NCBI GenBank assembly: GCA_050331735.1
Contig: JBHJGN010000063.1
Location: forward strand, 4,174-68,173
Direction of reading: 5' to 3'
Length of the DNA: 64,000 nucleotides
Source: Cyanophyceae cyanobacterium
GTDB taxonomy: Bacteria > Cyanobacteriota > Cyanobacteriia > Cyanobacteriales > JBHJGN01
Part shown: positions 9,269 to 18,708 of the stretch, piece by piece
How positions within the stretch are numbered: the stretch's first letter is position 1
How the letters are laid out: each line of letters begins with the position of its first letter
The notes under the pieces: generated by a model
Seen by the model: the letters and a program-made list of their open reading frames with translations, nothing else
Told to the model about the DNA's origin: nothing
Database searches by the model: none
Position numbers and translations under genes: made by a program

Positions 9269-10000
9269 TTGGAAGCTCATAAAGCAAAAATTTTGGTAGT
9301 TGATGACGAAGCTAGCATTCGTCGTATTTTAGAGACTCGCCTCTCGATGATTGGCTTCGATGTCGTCACGGCTGCTGATGGAGAAGAAGCCCTCGATACT
9401 TTTCGTAACTCTGAGCCCGATTTAGTGGTTCTAGATGTTATGATGCCTAAGCTCGACGGCTACGGTGTTTGCCAGGAGCTGAGAAAAGAATCAGACATTC
9501 CTATTATTATGTTAACGGCTTTGGGCGATGTTGCAGACCGGATCACCGGGCTAGAGTTAGGAGCTGATGACTACGTTGTGAAGCCCTTTTCGCCCAAAGA
9601 ATTAGAAGCCAGAATCCGCTCAGTACTGCGGCGAGTGGATAAAAACGGGGCTCCAGGAATTCCGAGTTCTGGCGTAATTCAGGTGGGTTCGATTAGAATC
9701 GACACCAACAAACGGCAGGTTTACAAAGGAGACGAACGCATCCGCTTAACCGGAATGGAGTTTAGCCTCCTGGAGCTACTAGTGAGTCGTTCGGGAGAAC
9801 CCTTTTCCCGCTCGGAAATTCTTCAGGAAGTGTGGGGCTACACGCCTGAACGCCACGTCGATACTCGCGTTGTTGATGTCCATATCTCGCGGCTGCGAGC
9901 TAAGTTAGAAGACGATCCGAGTAATCCAGAGTTAATTCTGACGGCTAGGGGAACTGGTTACTTGTTCCAGCGAATTCTCGAGCCAGGGGAAGAACTGTAA
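9269..10000 (+). CDS. rpaB: OmpR-family response regulator RpaB (Ycf27)
   Basis: The receiver domain (ILVVDDE...DVMMPKLDG) and winged-helix output closely match the highly conserved cyanobacterial RpaB. The start codon is TTG and the gene is divergent from radA, as in other cyanobacteria. Confidence 0.9.
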   Translation: MEAHKAKILVVDDEASIRRILETRLSMIGFDVVTAADGEEALDTFRNSEPDLVVLDVMMPKLDGYGVCQELRKESDIPIIMLTALGDVADRITGLELGADDYVVKPFSPKELEARIRSVLRRVDKNGAPGIPSSGVIQVGSIRIDTNKRQVYKGDERIRLTGMEFSLLELLVSRSGEPFSRSEILQEVWGYTPERHVDTRVVDVHISRLRAKLEDDPSNPELILTARGTGYLFQRILEPGEEL

Positions 10001-10032
10001 ACGGTGACTAGCAACTCCAAGATTAAGAAGAT

Positions 10033-10063
10033 GGGGAAAAGGGGAAAGGGTAAGGGGCAAAGG
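10033..10063. repeat. Solo GGGGAAW-heptamer arm (E3)
   Basis: ggggaaaaggggaaagggtaaggggcaaagg resembles the reverse complement of the right arm of E1. Confidence 0.7.
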
Positions 10064-10079
10064 CGTTTCATGACTTCTG

Positions 10080-10733
10080 ATGGCTAAATCCGATCCGAAT
10101 CGAGTGCTGCGGCTGTTGCCTCTGTTTGCTGGTGGGCTAGGCGGTGTGCTGCTGCTGATCAACCGTTTGCTTACGTCAATCCTCACCGATTCTCAGGCGC
10201 GTTCTGATGTGCTCGGCGTAGTGCTGAGTGCTGTACTGATTTTAACGGGACTGATTTGGCAGCAAGTTCAGCCAAGATCGCCGGATGCCGTCGTTTTAGA
10301 GGGGGAAGAGGAGTTTGAACTAGCGTCAGATTTGCCGGACGAGCTCAAAACAGAGCTAGCGTGGGCATCGCATTTACTGCTGACCAATACTGTAACGCGA
10401 TCGCTCGTTGTTTACTATCAGGGAAAAGTCCTGCTGCGGCGAGGCATTTTAGGAAGGAATGAGCAAGTTAACCCAGGCCAAATTGTGCAGCGGGTATTAG
10501 ATAAGCAACAGCCCGTTTACTTGGTCGATCTGAAAGTGTATCCGGGACGGATCGAGTTTGACTATTTACCTGAAAATACCCAAGGAGCAATCGTTCAGCC
10601 TTTGGGGGAAGGAGTGCTAATCTTAGGAGCTAATGCCCCACGCAGCTACACCAAACAGGACGAAAACTGGATCGAGGGGATTGCCGAAAAATTAGCTAAT
10701 TCTTTAGGGGCATTAGAAGCAGCCAGTGCTTAA
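10080..10733 (+). CDS. Probable cofactor assembly of complex C subunit B (CCB2/CCB4-like) membrane protein
   Basis: Two N-terminal TM helices plus a soluble domain. It occupies the conserved position downstream of rpaB and sits next to petM. The family call is from memory. Confidence 0.5.
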   Translation: MAKSDPNRVLRLLPLFAGGLGGVLLLINRLLTSILTDSQARSDVLGVVLSAVLILTGLIWQQVQPRSPDAVVLEGEEEFELASDLPDELKTELAWASHLLLTNTVTRSLVVYYQGKVLLRRGILGRNEQVNPGQIVQRVLDKQQPVYLVDLKVYPGRIEFDYLPENTQGAIVQPLGEGVLILGANAPRSYTKQDENWIEGIAEKLANSLGALEAASA

Positions 10734-10894
10734 CGGTCTTCAGCCTGGGTTTGGGCTTCTCCTTGAGGCGATCGCTCTTCAAAAGAGATCCCGTTAACGG
10801 ATAAAATACAGGCAGCAGCTTCGCTCGAGTTGTCGCTCTGACAAGCTTCAGTTTAGACAAGCTCACAATCTAACGTTCAAGAGGAGAAATCATT

Positions 10895-11014
10895 ATGAGT
10901 GCTCACGACATGCTTTTTAATGGAGCCATATTATCTTTTGCCCTGATCCTGGTTGGGTTAGCCTGGGGCTTTTTACTGCTGAAAATTCAGGGCGGCGAGG
11001 AATCAGAATTATAA
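10895..11014 (+). CDS. petM: Cytochrome b6f complex subunit 7 (PetM)
   Basis: The 39-aa product [39 protein letters not shown] matches the PetM pattern (..GLAWGF...K.QG.E). GAGGAG lies 7 nt upstream of the ATG. The gene is absent from the ORF track because it is too short. Confidence 0.85.
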   Translation: MSAHDMLFNGAILSFALILVGLAWGFLLLKIQGGEESEL

Positions 11015-11049
11015 CCGCTACGCAGATAGGTCTGAAGAAAATCCGTACA

Positions 11050-11074
11050 GAGGCTAGCATCTCTTGCTAGCCTC
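11050..11074 (+). terminator. Stem-loop downstream of petM (candidate intrinsic terminator)
   Basis: gaggctagca-tctct-tgctagcctc forms a perfect 10-bp stem, but the following T tract (ttactc) is weak. Confidence 0.45.
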
Positions 11075-11177
11075 TTACTCATGTCAAGGCTTGTCCCCCA
11101 CACGGGAACCCATGACCTACACTAGGAAAAGGCAAGAGTGACAAGCAGCACTCAGTTTTGAAGGCGATCGCAAAAGA

Positions 11178-12098
11178 ATGAAAGTAGCAATTACCGGAGC
11201 CACTGGCTTTGTTGGCAGTCGTTTAGTGGAAAAACTCACTGGAGAAGGACATCAAATTGTGGTCTTTTCTCGCAACCTGGATAAAGCTCGGCGTGTCTTT
11301 CCTGTTGCGACTCCTAATTTAGAAATTGTTGCCTACAATCCTAAAACCTCGGGTTCCTGGCAAGAAGCGATTTCTGGCTGTGATGGCGTTGTCAATCTAG
11401 CCGGGGAAGCGATTTCGGAACGCTGGACTCCTCAACACAAGCAAGCTATTTTAGAAAGCCGTCAAACGACCACCAGAAGAATTGTTGAGGCTATTGCAAA
11501 AGCGGAAACAAAACCGAACGTATTGGTCAGTGCCTCAGCCGTAGGTTATTACGGCACCAGCGAAACGGCGACCTTTGATGAAGAGAGTCCAGCAGGCAAT
11601 GATTTTTTAGCGCAAGTTTGCCAGACATGGGAAGCCGAAGCCGAAAAAGTTAAAGAAGCGGGGGTCCGACTAGTCATTATCAGAATTGGTATTGTCCTTG
11701 GTGATGGCGGAGCCTTAGCTAGAATGGTTGGTCCTTATCAGTTTTTTGCCGGCGGTCCTATTGGCAGCGGACGGCAGTGGCTCTCCTGGGTGCATCGGGA
11801 TGATTTAGTCAATTTAATCATTACCGCTTTAAAGCAATCAGAAATGGCAGGAACCTTCAACGCCACGGCTCCCCATCCAGTACGGATGAGTCAATTCAGC
11901 CAAACTTTAGGAGAGGTCATGAATCGCCCTGCTTGGCTACCTGTCCCGGAATTTGCCCTCGAACTACTGCTGGGAGACGGGGCAAAAGTTGTTCTCGAAG
12001 GGCAGCAGGTGTTGCCTAGAAAAACTCAATCTACAAAATTTACCTATCAGTACCCAGAGTTAAAGCCAGCGCTGACAGATATTCTTGCTAAGCAATAA
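11178..12098 (+). CDS. TIGR01777-family NAD-dependent epimerase/dehydratase-like protein (YfcH-like)
   Basis: Contains the GATGFVG Rossmann motif and a C-terminal DUF1731-like region. Length is 306 aa. Confidence 0.8.
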   Translation: MKVAITGATGFVGSRLVEKLTGEGHQIVVFSRNLDKARRVFPVATPNLEIVAYNPKTSGSWQEAISGCDGVVNLAGEAISERWTPQHKQAILESRQTTTRRIVEAIAKAETKPNVLVSASAVGYYGTSETATFDEESPAGNDFLAQVCQTWEAEAEKVKEAGVRLVIIRIGIVLGDGGALARMVGPYQFFAGGPIGSGRQWLSWVHRDDLVNLIITALKQSEMAGTFNATAPHPVRMSQFSQTLGEVMNRPAWLPVPEFALELLLGDGAKVVLEGQQVLPRKTQSTKFTYQYPELKPALTDILAKQ

Positions 12099-12110
12099 AC
12101 GCTAATTAAT

Positions 12111-12287
12111 GTTCCTTCGGAACGGGGAAAGGGGAAACTGTCCCTCCGGGACGGGGAAAACAGTGAGCAGTGATCAAGCTAACTAGCCAATTTGATAACT
12201 GTTAAGCCTTCCCCTTTGCCCTTTTCCCTGCGCCATCGGCGCTTCCCCCTTTCCCCTAGCAGCTTCGCTGCTTTGCGCCTACGGCGC
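12111..12287. repeat. MITE-like intergenic element, copy E2
   Basis: Has the same core as E1 plus the mini-hairpins gttcc ttc ggaac, gtccc tcc gggac, gcgcc atc ggcgc, agcagc ttc gctgct and gcgcc tac ggcgc. The last of these spans the mrdA stop codon. Confidence 0.85.
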
Positions 12288-14048
12288 TGTTGTGCCGAAA
12301 TAGGTTTCCAACACCTGACGTACCATTGGTGCTGCGACTGAACCGCCACCGCCACCAGAATGCTCGGCAAAGGCAACAACGACAATTTCTGGCTGATCGT
12401 AAGGGGCAAACGCGCCAAACCAGGCATGAGCGTCGCCCGGAGGAGCTTCGGCAGTACCGCTCTTTCCAGCCGTCGGGGGCAGGTGCGGTACTCTTAACGC
12501 GCCACCAGTTCCTCCGGAGACTACCTGCCGTAATCCCTCTTTTAAAGTTATCACTGTCTCTGGCTTCAGATTTAGAGATTTGGGCTCAGGGTCGTCGTCT
12601 TTAAGGAGGTGTGGGACTACGTTGTATCCGCCGTTAGCGGGAACGGCAAACATTCGGGCTACCTGTAGCGGTGTGGCAAGAGTAAAACCCTGACCAATAG
12701 ACATATTGACCGTATCGCCTTCGGTCCATCCCCAATCAAACTGCTGCTGTTTCCAGGCATCATCGGCAATCAGACCCGGAGTTTCTTCGGGGAGTTCGAT
12801 ACCCGTGCGTTTGCCAAAACCATAGCGACGCGCCCAGTCAATCAGCGTCGTGCCGCCAACACCTCGACCGACCTGACCAAAAAAGGTGTTGCTACTCCAG
12901 GCTAAGGCTCCGGTGTATCCAAGGGGACCGAATCCGGCACGGTTCCAGTCATGAAAGCGAGTACCGCCGACGCTAATAAACGCATACGTACCCAGGACGG
13001 TATGAGGCGGGTACTTATCGGATTCCATTCCGGCTGTTGCCGTCACGACCTTGAAGGTAGAAGCGGGCGGAAAGCCCCGCAGCGCTCGATTGAGAAACGG
13101 CTGATTCTTGCCCTGAAGTTGCTTCCACGTATCGGGAGTAATTTGGCTAGAGAAGATATTAGGATCGAAACTAGGGTTGCTCGCCAGCGCGAGGACAGCA
13201 CCATTGTTGGGATCGAGAGCGACAATAGACCCGATGCGATCGCCTAACGCTTCCTGCGCCGCCCTTTGCAGCTCAAGATCCAGAGTCAAGGCCACATCTC
13301 GACCCGCTTTGGCTTCTTTTTGACCGAGAATTTTAAGAACGCGTCCAGCCCCATCCACCTCCAGCAGCAGCCCGCCCCATTCACCACGAAGCTGCGGCTC
13401 AAAGGAGGCTTCTACGCCCATTTTGCCGACCACATCCCCGAGGCGATAGCCTTCTGCCTGTCGCTGGGCAAGTTCTTCTTGGTTGAGTTCTCCGGTGTAG
13501 CCAAGTACGTGAGCCCCTAAATTTTCATGGGGATAGTAACGAACCGTTTCTACATCTACTTCTACTCCTGTCAATTCGTGCCTGTATTCGGCCAGACCAA
13601 TAATTTGCTCAGGAGTCAAACCGCGAGCGATTCTAATCAGGCTTGGTGAATTGTAGCCAGCCTGTTCAACCCGCTCCTGAAGTTTAGCTTCCGGGACTTC
13701 TAAAATCTCGGCGAGGCGATCGCGTATCTGAGGCCACTCCGCAGCTTTTTGCACTCTGGGCCATAAATAAGCCGAATGGGAGAGGCGCGTTGTCGCCAGA
13801 ACCTTTCCTTTCCGGTCGAAGAGGCTTCCCCGCACGGGCGGTTTAGGCATAATGCGAACGCGATTATTTTCTGCCAGCTCCCGATTCTTTTCTCCCTCTT
13901 GAAGCTGAAGATAAGCTAAGCGGGAACCAATTCCCCCGACCAAAAAGAGGCTAACCACCAGCATCACGAAAACGGCCTGATACCACTTCCCAACAGTACG
14001 CGCTGTTTTCTTCCGTCCAGTTTTAGCAAAACCAAGAGCAAGAGACAT
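12279..14048 (-). CDS. mrdA: Penicillin-binding protein 2 (elongation transpeptidase)
   Basis: N-terminal TM helix, PBP dimerisation domain, and transpeptidase motifs STFK, SSN and KSGT. Confidence 0.9.
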   Translation of the reverse strand: MSLALGFAKTGRKKTARTVGKWYQAVFVMLVVSLFLVGGIGSRLAYLQLQEGEKNRELAENNRVRIMPKPPVRGSLFDRKGKVLATTRLSHSAYLWPRVQKAAEWPQIRDRLAEILEVPEAKLQERVEQAGYNSPSLIRIARGLTPEQIIGLAEYRHELTGVEVDVETVRYYPHENLGAHVLGYTGELNQEELAQRQAEGYRLGDVVGKMGVEASFEPQLRGEWGGLLLEVDGAGRVLKILGQKEAKAGRDVALTLDLELQRAAQEALGDRIGSIVALDPNNGAVLALASNPSFDPNIFSSQITPDTWKQLQGKNQPFLNRALRGFPPASTFKVVTATAGMESDKYPPHTVLGTYAFISVGGTRFHDWNRAGFGPLGYTGALAWSSNTFFGQVGRGVGGTTLIDWARRYGFGKRTGIELPEETPGLIADDAWKQQQFDWGWTEGDTVNMSIGQGFTLATPLQVARMFAVPANGGYNVVPHLLKDDDPEPKSLNLKPETVITLKEGLRQVVSGGTGGALRVPHLPPTAGKSGTAEAPPGDAHAWFGAFAPYDQPEIVVVAFAEHSGGGGGSVAAPMVRQVLETYFGTTAP

Positions 14049-14049
14049 A

Positions 14050-14332
14050 GGGGAAGCGCCGTTGGCGCGGGAAAAGGGGAAAGGGGAAGGGGAAAACTCT
14101 GCTTAGACTCTCTAGAAATTCTGCCCCTTATTTATATCAAAAACGTCATTGCCAGCACCGGGTTGAAGCCGCATGGCACTGACAATATTGTGGCATTTCA
14201 TTAAGAAGATCGGCTAGCGCTCATCGAGCTAACTAAAGCCGCAGTTTAAAAGATAGCTCTTGAAGCAAGAGCGACCTCGCGGCTATTTCCCTTTTCCCTT
14301 TCCCCCTTCCCCTTTCCCCGTCGCGCAGCGAC
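14050..14332. repeat. Element E4, which fills the whole cobA-mrdA intergenic region
   Basis: The left arm is ggggaa-gcgccgttggcgc-gggaaaaggggaaaggggaaggggaaaac (14050-14096). The right arm is tttcccttttccctttcccccttcccctttcccc-gtcgcgcagcgac (14286-14332). The ~190-nt centre differs from that of E1/E2. Confidence 0.8.
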
Positions 14333-14333
14333 A

Positions 14334-15107
14334 TTAAATCCACGGACGACAAGCAGACAGAACGGGATGGAGATTAACAACATGGCCAACAACCGCGATC
14401 GCCGGAGCTTCAAACTGAGTCTCTGCGACCTGTTGAGCGATTGTTGCGAGAGTCCCAACCAATTCCTGCTGTTCTGGTCGCGTTCCCCACCGGACTAAAG
14501 CAATGGGCGTTGTAGCCTCCAATCCTCCGGCTCTCAGTTCGGCGACGATATGCGGCAGGTTGTGAATGCCCATGTAGATCACAATGGTTTCTGAACCTTG
14601 AGCGATCGCTCGCCAATTGACTTCGGGACGATACTTTCCGGCTGCTTCGTGTCCAGTGACAAACGTGACGGAAGAACTGTAGGAACGATGGGTCAAGGGA
14701 ATGCCCGCGTAGGCAGGAGCCGCAATGCCCGAGGTAATTCCCGGAACCACTTCGACAGAGACTCCGGCTTTGAGCAAGTCTGCCATCTCTTCACCGCCGC
14801 GACCGAAAATAAACGGATCGCCACCCTTAAGACGGACTACCACCGCCTCAGTCCGGGCTTTCTCGATTAAAAGCTGAGTAGTTTCGGTCTGGATTTTAGA
14901 ATGTCGTCCTCGTCGCTTGCCCGCATTGATGCGTTCGGCTTGAGCCCCAATCATGGCTAAAATTGCCGGACTAACCAGGGCATCGTAAATAACAACGTTC
15001 GCACATTCTAGGAGTTGTTTGCCTTTTAAAGTTAACAACCCTGGATCTCCAGGCCCTGCTCCTACTAAGTATACTTTTCCCATTATTGATGTTGATTGCT
15101 GAGTCAT
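14334..15107 (-). CDS. cobA: Uroporphyrinogen-III C-methyltransferase
   Basis: Contains VYLVGAGPGDPGLLTLKG and other tetrapyrrole methylase motifs. Length is 257 aa. Confidence 0.9.
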   Translation of the reverse strand: MTQQSTSIMGKVYLVGAGPGDPGLLTLKGKQLLECANVVIYDALVSPAILAMIGAQAERINAGKRRGRHSKIQTETTQLLIEKARTEAVVVRLKGGDPFIFGRGGEEMADLLKAGVSVEVVPGITSGIAAPAYAGIPLTHRSYSSSVTFVTGHEAAGKYRPEVNWRAIAQGSETIVIYMGIHNLPHIVAELRAGGLEATTPIALVRWGTRPEQQELVGTLATIAQQVAETQFEAPAIAVVGHVVNLHPVLSACRPWI

Positions 15108-15865
15108 GCTGCCATTTCCACAATTAAATTTGCTAGTTCAGCGGTTGTTCCTAATGGTTGACCCAGATGCAGCTTGACGTTTGGCGAATTTTGCTGTGTG
15201 ACGTGGACCTGCTGAGCGATCGCCTCGGTAATTCCGCCAGCGAACAAAAAGTACGGCAGAATAGCGATGTGGCGATGTCCAGCCGTCGCTAAAGCCTGTA
15301 TCTGGTGCTGCAAACTTGGAGCCACTGACCAATAGGCCGTAACAGCCCTCAATTGGCAGGCCAGATTTTCAACCAGAATTTTACTGCGGGGACGGCGACT
15401 GCCGTGAGATAGCAGGATGCGCGCCTCGATAGCGGGATCGAGCTGCTGCGCCAGGAGATTTAATAGACCAGGTTGGCTGCCCAAGTAAGGACAGAGCTCG
15501 AGCTTAGCGTCAACTAGCGGCTGTGCCTGAGTCACTTCCCTGGGGATATCTTCTTGAACGTGAACTCCTGGCAACAGGAAAAGCGGCAAAATTTTGACCT
15601 GACCGATGCCTTGTCCTTGAGCCTGCTGAGCAAACCGCTCAATACTCTGATGAAGAGGGAGAGATAATTCAAGAGTAGCCGTGCCAACAAGGGGACGAGC
15701 CTTGTCTAGCACTGCCGTTGTGCTGAAGTGACGAAGTGAGCGGAAGGAGGTTGATGAAGAGCGCAGCCGCTGATAGACTAGCTGAGCTAGCCGTTCTACC
15801 GCCATCTGCGGGCGAGGATCGCGGCTTCCGTGGGTGACCAAAAGATAAGCAGAGGAGAGTGTCAA
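15104..15865 (-). CDS. cbiX: Sirohydrochlorin chelatase (two-domain CbiX type)
   Basis: Two CbiX half-domains are present (LLVTHGSRDP and ILLSHGSRRP). There is a 4-nt overlap with cobA. Confidence 0.8.
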   Translation of the reverse strand: MTLSSAYLLVTHGSRDPRPQMAVERLAQLVYQRLRSSSTSFRSLRHFSTTAVLDKARPLVGTATLELSLPLHQSIERFAQQAQGQGIGQVKILPLFLLPGVHVQEDIPREVTQAQPLVDAKLELCPYLGSQPGLLNLLAQQLDPAIEARILLSHGSRRPRSKILVENLACQLRAVTAYWSVAPSLQHQIQALATAGHRHIAILPYFLFAGGITEAIAQQVHVTQQNSPNVKLHLGQPLGTTAELANLIVEMAA

Positions 15866-16280
15866 GGATGTTACAGATGTTAATTGTTAAAGGGGAACGA
15901 CCTGCCAGAGTCAAAAACGGGCAGTTGACCTATAATTCAAGGATACTTTTTTATTAAGTATTGTATCTGTGCTGCCCGCTCGTTTTTGTATTAAATGATT
16001 ACTTAGCGACAGACTGTTGGAAAAGTGCTGAATCGAGCTGGCAGTCGCGATCAACAAATTAAGCTGGCTAAGTCTCCGGGAGGAAGACAGCGATGACTGA
16101 TTCTCTCTTGACCCGAGACCGACTCGTTAAGAGAACAGCCAGCGCGAGGAGAACAAGCGCTCGCCGATCCTCAGATTGGCTGAAGCCGGAACAAAATTGC
16201 TGGTAATCTCACCTTAGAAAATAATCAGCGTAGACGTTTAAGTATAGAAGCTCACCAAAAATTCTCTCCTAATTGATGTT

Positions 16281-17453
16281 ATGAATTTTCGTCTATTTCG
16301 AGCCATTGGCTGTGCTGCTGTTTGCGGTTCCCTCAGCCTGAGCGCTGGCTGTTATCAGGTTAGGGGGTCTAGTTCAGCGCTTGCCCAGTCAGAGTCAACA
16401 GAGATTGCCCCCACGACATCGGTAGTTGCTCTGGGCCGGATTATTCCTCAAGGCGAAGTCATTCAGCTTTCTGTTGCCAACGCCGAAGATAGTCGAGTCA
16501 ATCAAATTTTGGTAGCAGAAGGCGACTGGGTTGAAGCCGATGAGGTCATCGCTGTTTTGCAAGGATACGAAGGCAGGCAGAGGGATGTGGAGGAAGCGCA
16601 GAAAAACGTGGAATACTACCGCGCCATTCTCGAAAAAACCCGTTCCGGAGATGCCAAACAGGCAGAAATCGCGGCTCAGCAAGCGAATATCGCCCGACTA
16701 GAGGCCCAGCTTCGCAACGAAAAAGCCGAGCGAGAAGCGGCGATCGCCAGTGCCCAAGCGGAACTGAGTCAGGCCCAGTTGACCTACCAGCGTCATCAAA
16801 CTCTCTACCACGAGGGAGCCGTCAGTCAAGAAGCCCTCGATTTGGCTCAGGAACAGCTCCGGTTGACTCAAGCAGCCTTAAAGCAGCGCCAAGCAGAACT
16901 CAGCAACACCGTACAAACGCTACAGCAGCAGATTGCCCAGGAGCAAGAGAACCTCGCTACCCTAGAAGAAGTCCGTCCGGTGGATATTCGCGTCGCTCAA
17001 GCTGAGCTAGAGCGAGCCATGATTGCCGTCGAGCAAAGACTGGCCGACCTTGAAGATACGAAGGTTCGAGTTCCCGTTCCCGGTCGCATTCTGCGGATTA
17101 ATACCCGCGTTGGCGAACAGGTCAATACCCAGCAGGGTATTGTTGAACTGGGTCAGACGGATCAGATGTACGTTCTAGCCGAAGTGTACGAAACAGAAGT
17201 TACTAAGGTGAGGTCAGGACAGCGAGCTTTCATTAGAAGCGAGTACGGCGGGATTGAGAGCACCCTACACGGTACAGTCAAGCACATTGGTCTTCAGGTA
17301 GGCACTCCCACACTTTCAGAAGGCTCCTCTAACCCGACAACAGACGAAAATACTCGCGTTGTTGAAGTCAAAATTCGTCTCGATCCCAAAGATAGCGCTA
17401 AAGTCGCGGCACTCACCAACATGCAGGTGCGCGTCGAAATCGATGCCTCATAA
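16281..17453 (+). CDS. devB: DevB-family ABC exporter membrane fusion protein
   Basis: Signal/lipobox-like N-terminus, a long coiled-coil hairpin and HlyD-type beta-barrel segments. It is followed by devC and devA. Confidence 0.85.
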   Translation: MNFRLFRAIGCAAVCGSLSLSAGCYQVRGSSSALAQSESTEIAPTTSVVALGRIIPQGEVIQLSVANAEDSRVNQILVAEGDWVEADEVIAVLQGYEGRQRDVEEAQKNVEYYRAILEKTRSGDAKQAEIAAQQANIARLEAQLRNEKAEREAAIASAQAELSQAQLTYQRHQTLYHEGAVSQEALDLAQEQLRLTQAALKQRQAELSNTVQTLQQQIAQEQENLATLEEVRPVDIRVAQAELERAMIAVEQRLADLEDTKVRVPVPGRILRINTRVGEQVNTQQGIVELGQTDQMYVLAEVYETEVTKVRSGQRAFIRSEYGGIESTLHGTVKHIGLQVGTPTLSEGSSNPTTDENTRVVEVKIRLDPKDSAKVAALTNMQVRVEIDAS

Positions 17454-17485
17454 TTTCCCATTCCTCCTCAAAGAGTTGTCTTGCC

Positions 17486-18706
17486 ATGTTTCTCAAGACC
17501 CTCCTAACTTTCTGGCAGCTCAATAAACCCCTTGGCTGGTCTCAGCTCTCTCATCAAAAAGTCCGTTTAGCGGTGGCGATGACGGGGGTTGCTTTCTCTA
17601 GTATTTTGATCTTTACTCAGCTCGGGCTGCGGGCACAGTTATTCAGCGGGATTACGTTGCTTCCGGAAAATCTGGCCGGAGATTTATACTTGCTGTCGGC
17701 CTATGCACCAATTATCGATTGGGGGTCTTTCCCCCGCATTTATCTCTACCAAGCTGATGCCGTAACGGAAGTCGCTACGGCTAGTCCTCTTTATGTCGGT
17801 GAAGCAAACTGGGTTAACCCCGAAGACTTACAGCGAGCAGATGCCGCCGCCGAGGAGGACGCTCCTCAATTCGAGTTTTTCCCCAATCAAGTCAAGGTGT
17901 TAGCGTTTAATCCGGCCCGTCCCGTATTTAAGCTGCCGGAAGTTAGTCAGCAGCTTGAGCGCCTCAGTGTTCCTGGTAGTGTTCTTTTCGATCGCCTCTC
18001 GCAAGACCAGCTTGGACCCATCCCCCAGTTGCTGGAGACGGGGACAGTCACGACTATCATGGACAACCGCACCACCTATGTTGTTGGTTTGTTCAGCTTA
18101 GGCAGCACCTTTTTCGATAAAGGTCACGTGATCATGAGCGACTGGAATTACGCCCGTTGGCAGGGCCAAGAAAAGCTAGAGCAGGTCACGGTCGGAGTGC
18201 TATCGCTTGAGCCAGAAGCCGAGATAACAGAAGTGCAGCAACGGCTCCAGGCGGAGTTACCCGACAGTGTGAAGGTGTTAACGCGCCAAGAATTACTGAC
18301 CGCCGAGCAAGAGTTTCGGGCCTCTTTTCCAGAAGGAAAAATTCTCAATTTTGGGGCCGCCATTGGCTTTATTGTCGGTTTGGTGGTGGTCTATCAAGTC
18401 CTCTACATGGACATCAACGATCATCTGCCCGAGTACGCTACTCTCAAGGCGATGGGCTACTCGGACCGGGCGTTGCTCGCGGTCGTTTTGCAAGAGGCTG
18501 TAATTTTAGGACTGTTAGGATTTGTCCCTGGCTTTCTGTCTTCCTATGGAGTGTATAGCTTGCTCACCCGGCTGACTAAAATTCCGCTCGCGATGCGCTC
18601 AGATGTCACCGTTCAGGTCTTTGTCCTCATCCTCGCCATGTGCATTCTCTCAGGAGCGATCGCCATGAACAAACTGCGCTCTGCCGATCCAGCAGATGTA
18701 TTTTAA
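17486..18706 (+). CDS. devC: DevC-family ABC exporter permease (FtsX-like)
   Basis: One N-terminal TM helix, a large periplasmic domain and a C-terminal 3-TM FtsX-type module. Confidence 0.85.
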   Translation: MFLKTLLTFWQLNKPLGWSQLSHQKVRLAVAMTGVAFSSILIFTQLGLRAQLFSGITLLPENLAGDLYLLSAYAPIIDWGSFPRIYLYQADAVTEVATASPLYVGEANWVNPEDLQRADAAAEEDAPQFEFFPNQVKVLAFNPARPVFKLPEVSQQLERLSVPGSVLFDRLSQDQLGPIPQLLETGTVTTIMDNRTTYVVGLFSLGSTFFDKGHVIMSDWNYARWQGQEKLEQVTVGVLSLEPEAEITEVQQRLQAELPDSVKVLTRQELLTAEQEFRASFPEGKILNFGAAIGFIVGLVVVYQVLYMDINDHLPEYATLKAMGYSDRALLAVVLQEAVILGLLGFVPGFLSSYGVYSLLTRLTKIPLAMRSDVTVQVFVLILAMCILSGAIAMNKLRSADPADVF

Positions 18707-18708
18707 CG

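Noticed and set aside
12179-12427. An 82-aa ORF on the minus strand, with similar ORFs at 14246-14458 and 26670-26894
   Set aside because: These are translations of the GGGGAA/TTCCCC repeat elements (poly-Gly/Lys/Glu or Pro/Phe/Leu strings), and they overlap real gene ends.
15899-15906. A B12-box-like GACCTGCC upstream of the cbiX-cobA operon, raising the possibility of a cobalamin riboswitch
   Set aside because: It lies on the wrong strand for cbiX, and the other conserved riboswitch elements (GGTGAAA-type and GCCACTG-type blocks) are not present nearby.
18640-18708. A longer DevA N-terminus starting at 18640
   Set aside because: It would overlap devC by 67 nt and add 23 non-conserved residues. 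The ATG at 18709 gives the canonical N-terminus just before Walker A.
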